Source: the human T2T-CHM13v2.0 reference genome, Homo sapiens. From it: a stretch of DNA of 64,000 nucleotides. The position numbers were made by a program, and so were the translations under genes. Under the pieces are notes generated by a model. That model was given only the letters and a program-made list of their open reading frames with translations, ran no database searches and had not been told where the DNA came from. The DNA lies in NCBI RefSeq assembly GCF_009914755.1, contig NC_060948.1, one strand, 5' to 3'. Numbering within the stretch: the first letter of the stretch is position 1; each line of letters starts with the position of its first letter. This document shows positions 40,201-54,565 of this stretch, in pieces.

Positions 40201-42945
40201 TGGAAGATTATAGCAATAAGTGCATGCATTTAAAAAAAAGATAGAGATTCCAAATAAGCAACATCTCATTGTACCTACTGAATTAGAAGACAAAACAACT
40301 AAATTCAAAATTAACACAATAAATAGAATAATAATTAAAACAGAAGCAAAGCAAACATAGCTAGATGAAGAAAAAAATGACTGAAAAACAATAAAAAATT
40401 AAGTTATAGAAATTACAATAAACAAACAAACAAAACAATTACAAATGATGGATGAGGAGTGATTTTATAAGGCTTTCCAACAAAGAAAAGGTAAACAACA
40501 AATGGCTTTGGAGATGAATTCTACCATATTTTCAGAAAAGAATATTAATATGCTTCAAAGTCTTCAAAAAAAGAAGTTAAATGTAATGCTTCCAAATTTT
40601 TTTTATGAGTCCTGTATCATCTTGATACTAAGGCAAACAAAAACATCATGAGAAGTGAGAACTATAGGCCATTACCTCTGATAAACATTGGACCAAAAAT
40701 CCCTAATAAAATATGAGCAATCTGAATCCAGCAACATGCCAAAAATATTATACATCGTGGCCAAGATTTTACATCCCTGTCATGCAAGGCTGGTTATGTA
40801 TACAAATAAATCAATGTGATTCATCACATTAACAGAATAAAAGATTAAAAGCATGTATACATCCCAATTAATGTGGAAAACACTTTGGAAAATCCCAACA
40901 ATCTTTCTTGATTAAAAAACCCTCAACAGTTTAAGTATAGAAATAAAGGGTTGTTTTTTTTTTTGTAATAAAGGCCATTTAAGAAAAAAAGGAAAAGCTA
41001 ACTTTATCATTAACAAGGAAAAATTGATGGTTTTCCAAAGACATCTGGTACAACACGAGGATGCCCACTCTCCCCACTTGTATTTAACATAGTTCTGAAA
41101 GTACTGGCAAGAGTAATCGGGTAAGAAAAAAAAAAAGCAAGGCAGACAAATTATAGAGCAAGAAATAAAATTATCTCTATTTGCAGATGACAGACTCCTA
41201 TATGTATAAACAGCTCAAATATTCTATTTAGGAAACTTTTATAAGTAATGAATAAATTTAGTAAAGTCATTGTACACATAATTACCTAACTGAAAAAGAA
41301 ATAAACTCTTCTCATTTATAAGCATATCAAAGAAGTTAAATTCTTAAGAAAAAATTTATCCAGAAAGTAAAAGATGTCTCCACTGAAAACTATGAAATGT
41401 TGATAAAAGCAATTGAAGAAGACACAAATAAATGGAAAGGTGGTCCATGCTTATGGATTGGGAGAGTTAATATTGTTAAAATGTTTTTAGCATCCAAAGC
41501 AATACACAGATTCAATGCTAGCCAATCAAAATTTCAATGGCATTCTTCATAGAAATAGAAAACAAAATATAAAATTTATATAGCAATCTGGAAGTCTTTC
41601 AATTGTCAAAACAATTCTTAATAAAGAAAAATGAAGTAGGAGGAATCACCCTACCTTATTTGCAACTGGCATGAACATGGAATCCTGGCCAAATGAACAG
41701 AGCAGAGAGTCCAGAAATAAATCCAATCATATATAGTCAATTAATTTTTGAATTGTGCAGCAAAATGATATGATAGAAGGGGATCATCTCTCCTATGAGC
41801 AGTGCTGGGAAAACTAGATTTCCACACGCAAAAGAACAAAATTGGACCCACATTTTACATCATACACAAAAATCAACTGAGGATATGTTGAAAATAAATG
41901 AGCAAGACTGCATTCAATGAAAAAGCGTTTGCACAGTAAAGGAAACAATCAACAAAATAAAAATAGCCTAAATGTTGGAAAAAATGTTTTCAAGCTACAT
42001 ATATGATGATGGGTTAAAATCTAAAACTTATAAAGAACTTGTACAACTCAATAGTAGAAAAACAAATAAACACACTAAAAGATGGGCAAAAGCTCTGAAT
42101 TAACATTTCTCCAAGGAACACAAAAATGGGCAACAGGTATTTAAAACATATTTGACATCATTAATCATCAGAAAATTTTAAATCAAAAGTACTTTGAGAC
42201 ATTACATAACTCACATCGGGATGGCTATTATCAAAAACTCAAAAGATCACAAATGTTGGCTAGGATGTAGAGAAAATCAGACTCTTGAAGAGTGTTGTTG
42301 GTGATATATAGCCATTATAAAAATTGATATGGAGGTTTCTGGAAAATTAAAAATAGAACAACCATATGCCTCACCAACTCTTCCTTTAGACATATAAACA
42401 AAGGGAATCACTACCTCATAGAGGTATCTGTACTCTCATGTTCATTGCAGCATTATTAACAATAGCTAAGATATGAAAAAAATCTTACTGTCCAGTATAA
42501 TGAAGTATTATTTAGCCCTGAACAAGAGTGAGATCTTGCCATTTGCCAAAACCTGAGGACCTTGGAGGAAAACATGCTAAGTGAAATCAACTAAACACAG
42601 AGAGAAAAATACTGTGTAATATCACAATATTTTTGTGAGGGAGAGTGATGCCAGCCTTTTTTTTAAAATCTGTTTTCAAAAGCTAATAGAACAAGATCTC
42701 CCTCCTTGTCACAAGAATGATACCGAACTCTTCATAAGGGATCCACCCTCATGAACCGAGCATCTCCCACTCAACCTCACCTCCAACACTGGGGATCAAA
42801 TTTCAACATGTAGTTTGTAAAGGCAAATATCCAAACTATAGCAGTAACTATGTGAGATTACAAACATGTTAATTTGCTTCAGTATAGTAGCCTTTGAAAT
42901 ATCAAAATACATCCCATAGCATCATGTAGTACACATGAAATGCAC
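37255..42945 (+). mobile_element. Old long L1 (L1MA/L1M-type), with an Alu at ~38404-38720 and a MaLR (MST-like) LTR fragment at ~42640-42843
   Basis: Degenerate ORF1, endonuclease and RT text (tctctatttgcagatgac = SLFADD) in order. MST-like end cacctccaacactggggatcaaatttcaacatg...ccaaactatagca. Confidence 0.75.
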
Positions 42946-42961
42946 ATAATAGGATGCATTT

Positions 42962-45900
42962 ATTTATTTGTTTATTTATTTATTATACTTTAAGTTCTAG
43001 GGTACATGTGCACAACATGCAGGTTTGATACATATGTATTCATGTGCCATGTTGCTTTGCTGCCCCCATCAATTCATCATTTACATTAGATATTTCTCTT
43101 AATGCTATCCCTCCCCAAGTCCCCCACTCCCCACCGCCAGACAGGACCCAGTGTGTGATGTTCCCTGCCCTGTGTCCAAGTGATCTCATTGTTCAAAATT
43201 TCCACCTATGAATGAGAACACGCAGTGTTTGGTTTTCTGGCGTTGTGATAGTTGGCTGAGAATGATGGCTTCCAGCTTAATCCATGTCCCTGCAAAGGAC
43301 ATAAACTCATCCATTTTTATGGCTGCATAGTATTACAAGGTGTATATGTGTCACATTTTCTTAATCCAGTCTATCATTGATGGACATTTGGATTGGTTCC
43401 AAGTCTTTGGTATTGTGAATAGTGCCACAATAAACATATGTGTGCATGTGTCTTTATAGTAACATGATTTATAATTTTTTGGGTATATATCCAGTAAAAA
43501 GATTGCTGGATCAAATGGTAATTCTAGTTCTAGATCTTTGAGGAATTTCCACACTGTCTTCCAAAATGGTTGAACTAATTTACACTCCCACCAACAGTGT
43601 AAAAGCATGCCTGTTTCTCCACATCCACTCCAGCATCTGTTGTTTCCTGACTTTTTAATGATTGCCATTGTAATTGGTGTCAGATGTTGTGTGATTTTGG
43701 TTTTGATTTGCATTTATCTGATAACCAGTGATGATGAACATTGTTTCATGTGTCTATTGGCCACTCAGATGTGTTTTTTTGAGAAGTATGTGTTCATATC
43801 CTTTGTCCACTTTTTGGTGAAATTTTTTTCATGTAAATTTGGTTTCTTTGTAGATTCTGAATGTCAGTCTTTTGTCAGATGGGTAGATTGCAAAAATTTT
43901 CTCCCATTCTGTAGCTTTCCTGTTCACTCAAATGTAGTTTCTTTGGCCGTGCAGAAGCTCTTTAGTTGAATTAGATTTCATTTGTCTATTTTAGCTTTGG
44001 TTGCCATTGCTTTTGGTGTTTTAGTCATGAAGTCCTTGCCCATTGCCTATGTCATGAATGGTATTGGCTAGGTTTTCCTCTAGGGTTTTTATGGTTTTAG
44101 GTCTAATATTTAAGTCTATAATCCATTTTCAATTAATTTTTGTGTTAGGTGTAATTAAGGGATGCAGCTTCAACTTTCTACAAATGGCCAGCCAGTTTTC
44201 CCAGCACCATTTATTAAACAGGGACTCCTTTCCCCATTTCTTCTTTTTGTCAGGTTTGTCAAAGATAAGATGATTGTAGATGTGTGTTTTTATTTCTGAG
44301 GCCTCTCTTTTGATCCATTGGTCAATGTATCTGTTTTGGTAACACTACTATGCAGTTTTGGTTACTGTAGCCTTGTAGTATAGTTTGAAGTCAGGTAGCG
44401 TGATGCCTACAGCTTTGTTCTTTTTGCTTAGGATTGTCTTGGCAATGTGGGCTTTTTTGTGTTCCATATGAATTTTAAAGTAGTTTTTCCAATTCTGTGA
44501 AGAAAGTCTTTGTTAGCTTGATGGGGATGACCTTGAATGTACAAATTACTTTGGGTACAATGGCCATTTTCAAGATATTGGTTCTTCTTATCCATGATCA
44601 TAGAATATTCTTCCATTTGTTTGTGTCCTTTTTTATTTCGTTGAACAGCGGTTTGTTGTTCTCCTTGAACGGGTCCTTCACATCCCTTGTATGTTTCATT
44701 CCTACATATTTTATTCTCTTTGTAGCAATTATGAATGGGAATCCACTCATGATTTGGCTCTCTGTTTGTCTGTTAATGGTGTATAGGAATGCTTGTCATT
44801 TTTGCACATTTATTTTTGTATCCTGAGACTTTATTGAAGTTGCTTATCAGCTTAAGGAGATTTTGGGATGAGATGACAGGGTTTTCTAAATATACAATCA
44901 TGTCATCAGAAAACAGGGATGATTTGACTCACTCATTTCCTAATTGAATACTCTTTATTTCTTTCTCTTGTCTGATTGCCCTGGCCAGAACTTCCAACAC
45001 TATGTTGAATAGAAGTGAGCATCCTTGTCAAGAGAAGGCATCCTTGTCTTGTGCCGGTTTTCATAGGAAATGCTTCCAGTATTTGCCCACTCAGTATGAT
45101 ATTGGCTGTGGGCTTGTCACAAGGAGCTTTTATTATTTCGAGATACATTTCTGTCAATACCTACTTTATTGAGAGTTTTTAGCATGAAGGGCTATTGGAT
45201 TTTGTTGAAGGCTTTTCTGCATCTGTTGAGATAATCATGTGGTTTTTGTCATTGGTACTGTTTATGTGATGGATTATATTTATTGATTTGTGTATGTTGA
45301 ACCAGACTTGTATCCAAGGGATGAAGCTTACATGATCATGGTAGAGAAGATTTTTGATGTGGTGGTGGATTCTGTTTGCCAGTATTTTATTGAGGATTTT
45401 TGCATTGACGTTCTTCAGGGATATTGGTCTAAAATTCTCTTTTTTTATTGGTATCAGAATTATGTTGGCCTCATAAAATAAGTTAGGGATGATTTCTTCT
45501 TTTTTATTGATTGGAATAGTTTCAGAAGGAGTGGTACCAGCTCCTCTTTGTACATCTGGTAGAATTCAGCTGTGAATCAAACTGGTCCTGGACTTTTGTT
45601 TTTGGTTGGTAGGCTATTAATTATTTCCTCAATTTCATAGCCTGTTATTGGTCTATTCAGAGATCCAATTCTTCCTGCTTTTGCTTTGTGAGGGTTTGTT
45701 TGTCCAGGAATTTATCCATTTCTTCTAGATTTTCTAGTTTATTTGTGCAGAGGTGTTTACAGTTTTCTCTGATGGTAGTTTGTATTTCTGTAGGGTCGGT
45801 GGTGATATCCCATTTATCATTTTTATTGCATCTATTTGATTCTTCTCTCTTTTCTTCTTTATTAGTCTTGCTAGTGGTCTATCAATTTGGTTGACCTTTT

Positions 45901-48900
45901 CAAAAAACCAGTTATTGATTTCATTGATTTTTTGAAGGATTTTTTTTCTCTCTATCTCTTTCAGTGTTGCTCTCATCTTAGTTATTTCTTGCCTTCTCCA
46001 AGCTTTTGATTTTGTTTGATCTTGCTTTGCTAGTTCTTTTAATTGTGATGTTAGGGTGTCAGTTTTCCTGGTTTTTCTTGTGTGTTTAGTGCCACACATT
46101 TCCCTCTACACACTACTTTAAATGTGTCCCAGAGATTCTGGTACATTGTGTCATTTTTCTCATTGGTTTCAAAGAACATCTTTGTTTCTGGTTTCATTTC
46201 ATTTCTTACCCAGCAGTCATTAAGGAGCAAGTTGTTCGGTTTTCACATAGTTGTGAAGTTTTCAGTGAATTTCTTAATCCTCAGTTCTAATTTGATTGCA
46301 CTGTGGTCTGAGAGACAGTTTGCTATGATTTCTGTTCTTTTACATTGGCTGAGGAGTGCTTTACTTCCAGTTATGTAGTCAATTTTAGAATAAGTGTGAT
46401 GTGTTCTGTAGATATCTATTAGGTCTGCTTATTGCAGATCTGAGTTCAGGTCCTGAATATCCTTGTTGATCTTCTGTCTTATTGATCTGTCTAATACTGA
46501 CTGTGAGGTGTTAAAATCTCCCATTATGATTGCATGGGAGTCTAAATCTCTTTGTAAGTCTCTAAGGACTTGCTTTATGAATCTGGGTGCTCTTGTATTG
46601 GATGCATACATATTTAGGATACTTAGCTCTTCTTCATTAATTGATCCCTTTATCATTATGTAATGGTCTTCTTTGTCTCTTTTGATCTTTGCTGGTTAAA
46701 TGTCTGTTTTATCAGACTATGATTGCAACCCCTGCTTTGTTTTTCTCTGTTTTTTTTTTTTCTTTCCATAGACTTGGTAGATCTTCTTCCATCCCTTTAT
46801 TTTGAGCCTATGTGCATCATTGCATATGAGATGGGTCTCCAGAATACAGCACACTGATTCATCTTGACTCTATGCAATTTGCCAGTCTGTGTCTTTTAAT
46901 TGGGGCATTTAGCCCATTTACATTTAAGGTTAATATTGTTATCTGTGAATTTGATCCTGTCATTATGACGTTTGCTGGGTAGTTTGCCCATTAATTAATG
47001 GAGTCTCTTCATAGCATTGATGTTGTTTACAATTTGGCATGTTTTTGCACTGGCTGGTACCAATTGTTTCTTTCCAAGTTTAGTGCTTCCTTCATGATCT
47101 CTTGTAAGGCAGGCCTGGTGGTGACAAAATCTCTCAGAATTTGCTTCTCTGTAAAGGATGTTATTTCTCCTTCACTTACAAAGTTTAGTTTGGCTGGATA
47201 TGAAATTCTGGGTTGAAAATTCTTTTCTTTAAAGATGTTGAATGTTGGTCCCCACTCTCTTCTGGCTTCTAGAGTTTCTGCCAAGAGATTCGCTGTTAGT
47301 CTTATGAGCTTACCTTTGTGGGTAACTCAACCTTTCTCTCTGGCTGCCCTTAATATTATTTCCTTCATTTCAACCTTGGTGAACCTGACAATTATGTGTC
47401 TTCATGTTGCTCTTCTCGAGGAGTGTCTCTGTGGTTTTTTCTGTATTTCCTGAATTTGAATGTTGGCCTATCTTGCTAGGTTGGGGAAGTTTTCCTGGAT
47501 GATATCCTGAAGATTGTTTTCCAGCTTGGTTCCATTCTTTCCATCACTTTCAGGTACACCAATCAAATGTAGATTTGGTCTTTTCACTTAGTCCTATATT
47601 TTTTGAGGCTTTGTTTATTTCTTTTTGCTGTGTTTTCTCTAACCTTGTCTTCTTGTTTTATTTTATTAATGTAATCTTTAGTCACTGATATCCTTTCTTC
47701 CACTTGATTGAATCAGCTACTGAAGCTTGTGGTATATGTCACAAAGTCCTTGTGCCATGGTTTTCAACTCCATTAAGTCATGTAAGGTCTTCTCTACATT
47801 GTTTATTCGAGTTAGCCTTTCATCTAATCGTTTTTCAAGGTTTTAACTTTCTTGTGATGGTTTTGAACATGCTACTTTAGTTTGGAGAAGTTTGTTATTA
47901 CTGACCTTCTGGAGCCTACTTCTGTCAACTTGTCAAAGTGATTCTCCATCAGGTTTTGTTCTGTTGTTTGTGAGGAGCTGTAATCCTTTGGAGGAGAAGA
48001 GGTGCTCTCAGTTTTAGAATTTTCAGCTTTTCTGCTCTAATTTCTCCCCATCTTTGTGGTTTTATCTACCTGGATTTTTGAAGTTGGTGATCTACAGATG
48101 GGGTTCTGCATAGATGACCTTTTTGTTGATGTTGCTGCTATTCCTTTCTGTTTCTTAGTTTTCCTTCAAACAGTCAGGTCCTTCAGCTTCAGGTCTATTG
48201 GAGTTTTGTGGAGTTTCAATACAGATTCTGTTTGCCTGGGCATCACCAGCAGAGGCTTCAGAACAGCAAATATTGCAGAACAGCAAATATTGATGCATGA
48301 TAATTTCTGTGGAAGCTTCATCCCAAAGGAGCTGCCACCTATATGAGGTGTCTGTTGACCTTTACTTGGAGGTGTCTCCCAGTTGGGCTACATGGCAATC
48401 AAGGACCCACTTCAGGAGGCAGTCTGTCCATTCTCTGCACTCAAACAGCATTCTAGGAGAACCACTGCCCTCTTCAGAGCTGTCAGACGGAGATGTTTAA
48501 GTCTGCAGAAGCTGTCTGCTGCCTTTTTTTCAGCTATCCCCTGCCTACAGAGGTGGAGTCTTGAGGCAGTAGGCCTTGTTGAGCTGTGGTGGTCTCCACC
48601 TAGTTTGAGCTTCCTGGGTGCTGTGTTTACCGACTCAAGCCTTAACAATGATGGCTGTCCCTCTACCAGCTAGGCTGCCACCTCGGAGCTTGATCTCAGA
48701 ATGCTGTGTTAGCAGTTACCAAGGCTCTGTGAGTGTGGGACCCACCAAGCAAGGCATGGGAGAGAATCTTTTTGTCTGCCAGTTGCAAAGACCTTGGGAA
48801 AAGTGCAGCATTTGGGTGGGAGTGTCCTGTTTTTCCAAGTAGTTTGTCACAACTTCCCTTTTCTAGGAAAGGGAAATCTCCTGATCCCTTTTGCATCCCA

Positions 48901-49090
48901 GGTGGGGTGACTCCCCAACCTGCTTTAGCTCTCCCTCAATGGGCTGCACCCACTGTCCAACCAGTCCCAATGAGAAGAACCAGGTACCTGAGTTGGAAGT
49001 GCAGAAGTCACTCATCTTCTGTGTCGATCATGCTGGGAGCTGCAGACTGGAGCTGTTCCTATTTGACCATCTTGGAACACCCTCAGAAAA
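42962..49090 (-). mobile_element. Near full-length L1PA (PA6/PA7-like), disrupted ORFs
   Basis: Complete antisense 3'UTR, ORF2, ORF1 and 5'UTR. The 14-bp TSD aataggatgcattt is at 42948 and 49094. Confidence 0.93.
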
Positions 49091-49117
49091 ATAAATAGGA
49101 TGCATTTTTAAAGGTAA

Positions 49118-49406
<289 letters not shown>

Positions 49407-49744
49407 AAGGTAAATTCTCTATTTAAGTGCTCATACATCCAGTTTTGTTGAACATATACTTTAAACCTGTGTTACAGATAAACGTGAATTGCAGGGTTTT
49501 CTTGTTTTCTTCACCCACTTCCCTGTCCCTTTCAATCAGCTGGCTGTGAGATCACTTAAACCAGGGACCTGAGGCTCAGGACTGGCCCAAGGGGTGTTGT
49601 GGGTGCCCCTCTGCATTTCAAGGTCACTGTGTGGCAGGGTCAGGTCTTTGGCTGGAGAAAAGTGCATTGTGTCACCAGAGGAGGTCTTGGTCAGTTGATT
49701 TGAGAAACAACACAAGCACTAATATTTGGAATGTCCCAGGTTAG

Positions 49745-50330
49745 TGTTGGGGAAACCAGCCCCACATCACCTGATGGGTACCCCAATACTGGCAGAGACA
49801 AATGAGTTGCAAAGAGACAGAATAACTGCTTAAAGGTTGGGACCAGGGGTCTGGAGCATAGGAGGCTTGCTTACAGCCCAGATCTCTAGGGCTCCACCCA
49901 ATTTATTGGTTTACAAGCTCTTTGTTCTCATGGTAGCTGCGAGGATGAGGAAGCGATGAGGAAAAGGATTAGCCAGTGAAGGAGAACTCACGAGTCATTC
50001 AATAAGGTGTATAGTGGGGGCAGTTTCTGTGAATTTCCTAGAGCAAAGGCGTATGTCTAAACTACTTAAGATCTTTAAATTATTGGGGCTGAAACAGTTC
50101 AGAGTGGGTTTCAGGAAGAGCCAAGATATTTGATTATACTCTACTGCTTCAAGGGAGTGTTATCTCCCTGAGCAACCTGTGAAATGCTGCTGAGCAGTTA
50201 CGCTCTCAGGGCATATAGACTTGAAGGCAATAAGGAGACTTTTCTCCACAGAAGCAGCCCATGGCTCCCCATGGATGTCTCACAGAGGGTAGACCAACTC
50301 ACCTGGAACCTGAGAAACTCTCTTTTCCAA
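49745..50330 (-). mobile_element. LTR14-family solo LTR (HERV-K14/HML-1)
   Basis: Minus strand reads ggaaaagagagtttct...gagttggtct...catggggagccatggg...gagaaaagtctccttattgccttca...cagggagataacactcccttgaagcag and ends gtggggctggtttccccaaca. Confidence 0.7.
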
Positions 50331-50465
50331 TTACAGATTGTTGGTTTAGACCAAAAGCAGTAAAAGAGATAAACAAAGCGTATTGGAGTGGCCCTGTGGT
50401 GACAGCATTTTCTGGCTGGGCCTCAGAGTCCCACAAAACCTCCCCTGCTATCTGATCTCTTGTAG

Positions 50466-50567
50466 AGGGACATGAATAAAATGGACCACTCAAGGACCAT
50501 CAGAACCACTGGGCTTGGCCTTGGACTTTCCAGGAGACAAGAACATTTGAAATCCACTGACTGCCAG
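50466..50567 (+). pseudogene. PRYP: PRY-like pseudogene exon
   Basis: Acceptor tctcttgtag| and donor CAG|gtactg. Translates MNKMDHSRTIRTTGLGLGLSRRQEHLKSTDCQ versus recalled PRY MNKMGLNNPKKNHSRTMGATGLGFLLPW.QDNLNGTDCQ. It has an ~8-codon deletion and the second Met is changed to Ile. Confidence 0.8.
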
Positions 50568-51694
50568 GTACTGTCATCCTATGGGCCATGGGACCATCTC
50601 ACCTATTCAGTTCCCCTCTACCATCTAGTAGTGAGTAGAGCATGGAGTGGGCCTAGGGATGACAGGGCCCTGTCACTGTGATCAAGTCAGACCCCAGGGA
50701 GGAGAAAACCACCAGCAAGGAGCCCATGTCAGGGGCCAGGTTTGGGGAGCAGCTTTCTCTAACCTTACACTTGCTCCTGCAGCCTGACTCATCACTTGAA
50801 TTCACATATATATTTGGAGAATGGAGACAACAAACTTAGAACAAGACACACAGGCCTGCCACCTAAAGACAAACCCAGCTGTCATTGTGGGGTGTTTATT
50901 TTTATTATTTTCTTTTTTTTACTCTTCTCATGTTTCTGATACATATCAGTGCTTTTTGAGCACCCTCCTTGCACTCTGTGATCTTCCTTTGATGAAGAGG
51001 ATCCTTTAAGGATAAGAAAAGTATATAGGTTGGCCAGCTGTGGATCTGGTCTACATGTGGGGTAGGCCTACATCTTGGCTGGCCTTCACACCATGTGCAC
51101 ATTTGCTCCTTCATTTCACATAACATTATGACTATAGCATCTTTCTTGACACCTCATGTGCCTGCTTATATTTAGATCCTGCACTGCCTAGGTGTGTGAC
51201 CCTAGGCAGATTCATGTGACATCTCACCTGTACAATAGGGATGCTGCCAGGACCTGCCATGGGATTGTTGCAAATGTTAAGGGGCGGTGGTTATCAAAAG
51301 CCTGAGTACCATTGAGACACAGTGAGCATTCACAAAATACCAATTCTTTTTTTATCAACTGTTGCCTAATAGATCTTTAGGATAAACTGTCGTTTATTCA
51401 CATAACTAGTAAGCTCTTGTTAATTGTTTTCCTAGTTTCAAAACTGGAGAACAATACTTCATTGAAAGTCATTGTAAATAAAGTGCTAAAATATTATCGT
51501 TTTCCAGTAATAGGCTTTATTAAGTGTTTCAAGTTGGCCAGGTCAATCAGAGCCTGGCCAAAGTCTTTGCAACCACAGGGAAAATGGTAAAGGCATTGCA
51601 ATTTGTGATATCCTGGAGCCCACAGCCACTAGTAGCCAAATTGAAACAGGAACCCACATTCTTAGCTTGGCTTCAGTTTCTTTCCGGGTCTTAC

Positions 51695-52428
51695 TGAGAG
51701 GTGAAGCCAGGCTTCTGGGTGGGTGGGGACTTGGAGAACTTTTCTGTCTAGCTAAAGGATTGTAAACACACCAATCAGCACTCTGTGTCAGGCTAAAGGT
51801 TTGTAATTGTACCATTCAGGGCTCTGTGTCTAGCTAATTGGGTGGGGACTTGGATAACTTTTGTGTCTAGCTAAAGGACTGTAAACACCCCAATCAGCAC
51901 TCTGTGTCTAACTGAAGGTTTGTAAATGCACCAGTCAGCACTCGGTCAAAAGGGACCAATCAGCTCTCAGTAAAATGGACTAATCAGCACTCTGTAAAAT
52001 GGACCAAACTGAGCTCTGTATAATGGAACAATCAACGCTCTGTAAAATGGAACAATCAGCAGGACATGGATGAGGCCAAATAAGGGAGTAAAACCTGGCC
52101 ACCTAAGCCAGCAGTGGCAACCCGCTTCATTCCCCTTCCATGCTGTGGAAGATTTTTCTCTTGCTCTTCAAGATAAATCTTGCTGCTCCTCACTCTTTGG
52201 GGCAGCACTGCCTTTATGAGCTGTAACACTCACCATGAAGGTCTGCAGCTTCACTCCTGAAGTCTGCGATACCACGAACCCACCAGAAGGAAGAAACTCG
52301 ACACATCCGAACATCAGAAGGAACAAATTCCGGACACACCATGTTTAAGAACTATAAAACACACCATGAGGGCCCGCGGCTTCATTCTTGAAGTCAGTGA
52401 GGCCAAGAACCCCCGAATTCTGGACACA
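51695..52428 (+). mobile_element. LTR12 solo LTR (ERV9)
   Basis: Starts tgagaggtgaagccag, has tandem accaatcagcactctg/gctaaagg units, aataaatcttgctgct-like polyA region, and ends aattctggacaca. TSD ttac/gtac. Confidence 0.92.
51765..52065 (+). promoter_or_regulatory. CCAAT (NF-Y) box array in the LTR12 U3 region
   Basis: Repeated ccaatcagc motifs at ~51771, ~51890 and ~51956, plus degenerate copies. NF-Y-driven promoter activity is established for the LTR12 family but not shown for this copy. Confidence 0.5.
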
Positions 52429-54263
52429 GTACTGCTCTGGTCTGAGAGAGCCTCTGCCCACAAAAATATGGTGTCCTCTGTGTCCCGCAGGTCACTGCAG
52501 GGTGGCGAGATGTACCAGTATGGGCACGACCATGATGCTCCCACCCTCCCCTTCATCTTTCCTGGTCCTTTCCTCTGCCCACTGGTTGCTTGCAGTAACA
52601 TGCTAGAGTCCTCTATGGCTGCAACTGAATCATGGCTGAGGCCTCTACCACTGGCATCCTCCAAGGAAGTTTCCTTCCAGGCTCGGCAGTTGGTCTACAG
52701 TTAGGGGCTGGACTTCATGATGCACACTGCAGACACCTCTGTGGCTGTGTCTATTGATACCTTTGGTGATGCCTACATGTGGATCTCCTTTGACAGATCT
52801 TGATTGAGTTTTTGAGCTGGATATTGTGACTACTCAGTTCTTGTTTTGTTTTAAGGGAGAGGAAGTGGGGTAGAGCCAGGATTTCCTGCTGGAATCTGTG
52901 GTACTTAATTAGGCTTCAAACCAGTAGAGCTGGAACAAAGACTCTTCCTAGAGTCTCTGACACCACAGATTATTTCTCATATATTTCATTTTGAAAATAA
53001 AAATGTATCCACATGACTGAAAAATACAGAAGTGAGGCAAGAGTTACACAGAAGGAGCTGCCACCATGTGCACCTAAACCTAGTGCCCTGAGTTACCTGT
53101 TAACACCAGGTACAACAGAGGAAGGCTGAGCTTCTTAGACTCCTAACCTTTCATCCACCCTCAGCCAATGGTAGGCATATCATGAGTTTAGTTTCCTTCT
53201 TAGTGATCATTGAAGTTGTAAGCAATTGTAGAATATATATATTTAGATATCTATTTCATCAGTCCAATACAGGACAATCTTGAGACTGTCCTCTTGTAAG
53301 GAGTATATTGGCATTGTGAATTCACCTACGTTTCTTAGTATTCTATGGGTAATACATATTTTGTCTTTAGCTTTCTGTTTTCTTGTCATTTCTAATTGCC
53401 TTTTCTTCTTTCCATTTTAAATTAAACTGTCTACTTTTATTACATCCTTAATGTTTTCCTGCATTTCTAACCTGCCATCTGAAAAGTCACTGCTGGACGC
53501 CTTCCTTTTCCCCTTTCCCATCCAACCAACATCTCTCTAGGCCTGGGGTGGGTCTGTCATTCCCAGAGCTTTTATAATTGCCTCTCTGGGTTTTTACGTG
53601 TGAAATTCTATTTCGCTACTGCAGCTTTGGAACAAATCTCCCAGAGAGCTAGACAATTTTCTTATGATTTATTTTTTTAATTGTATGTGCTTTTGAAATA
53701 TATTTCAGATTCTCTCTTCCATTTTTTTTTGAAAGCTACACATTTTAAGAGAATTTGAAGCTATCTTTCCTAATCTCTGGATTTTCCTCTTATCTTCCTA
53801 AATTTTGTTTTAAAGAGGGTCAATTTATCTATTTTTTCTTTTGTTTTCTGTGCATTCTCTGTCATACCCAGGAAACTTGATGAATTCAATGTCAATAAGT
53901 CCATAAAAATATGTTTGACATCACTAGCCATTAGGTAAAGGAATATCTAAACCACAATGATATTACCACTTTTTACCCACTAGAATGTGATTTTTATTTT
54001 TTTGAAGAAGGGACAACTGGAGAGTATGTGGAGACAATGGAACCCTTGTGCATTGCTGGTGAGAAAGTGAAATGGTGGTGATGGTTGCACAATAACACAA
54101 ACATACTTAATGCCACTTACGTATACACCTACAAATGCTTAGATTGGTAAATTTTATGTTACATTTCTTTTACTAAATACAACAAAGTCTTCCTGAGAAC
54201 TGGTCCTGAAATAGTTCCATGTGAATGAAAGAAGACCCGTCTCTCCTAGAGGGAGTAGAAGCT

Positions 54264-54565
54264 TTTATTTATTTATTTACTTTGAAATTGAGTCTTGCTC
54301 TGTGGCTCAGGCTGGAGGAAAGTGGTGCGACCTCTGCTCACTGCAAGCACTACCTCCCATCTTCACACCATTCTCCTGCATCAGCCTCCCGAGTAGCTGG
54401 GACTAAAGGTGCCCACCATCATGCCTGGCTAACTTTTTGTACTTTTTAGAAGAGACGGGATGTCACCATGTTAGCCATGATGGTCTCGATCTCTAGACCT
54501 CATCATCCACCCTTCTTGGCCTCCCAAAGTGCTGGGAATACAGGCTTGAGCCACCACACCTGGCT
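54264..54565 (-). mobile_element. Alu (AluY-like)
   Basis: ctcactgcaagc...caccattctcctgc...ttagccatgatggtctcgatctc. Confidence 0.88.

Noticed and set aside
51740-52065. Regularly spaced short repeats superficially like a CRISPR array
   Set aside because: These are the normal LTR12 U3 tandem repeats in eukaryotic DNA, with no unique spacers or cas genes.
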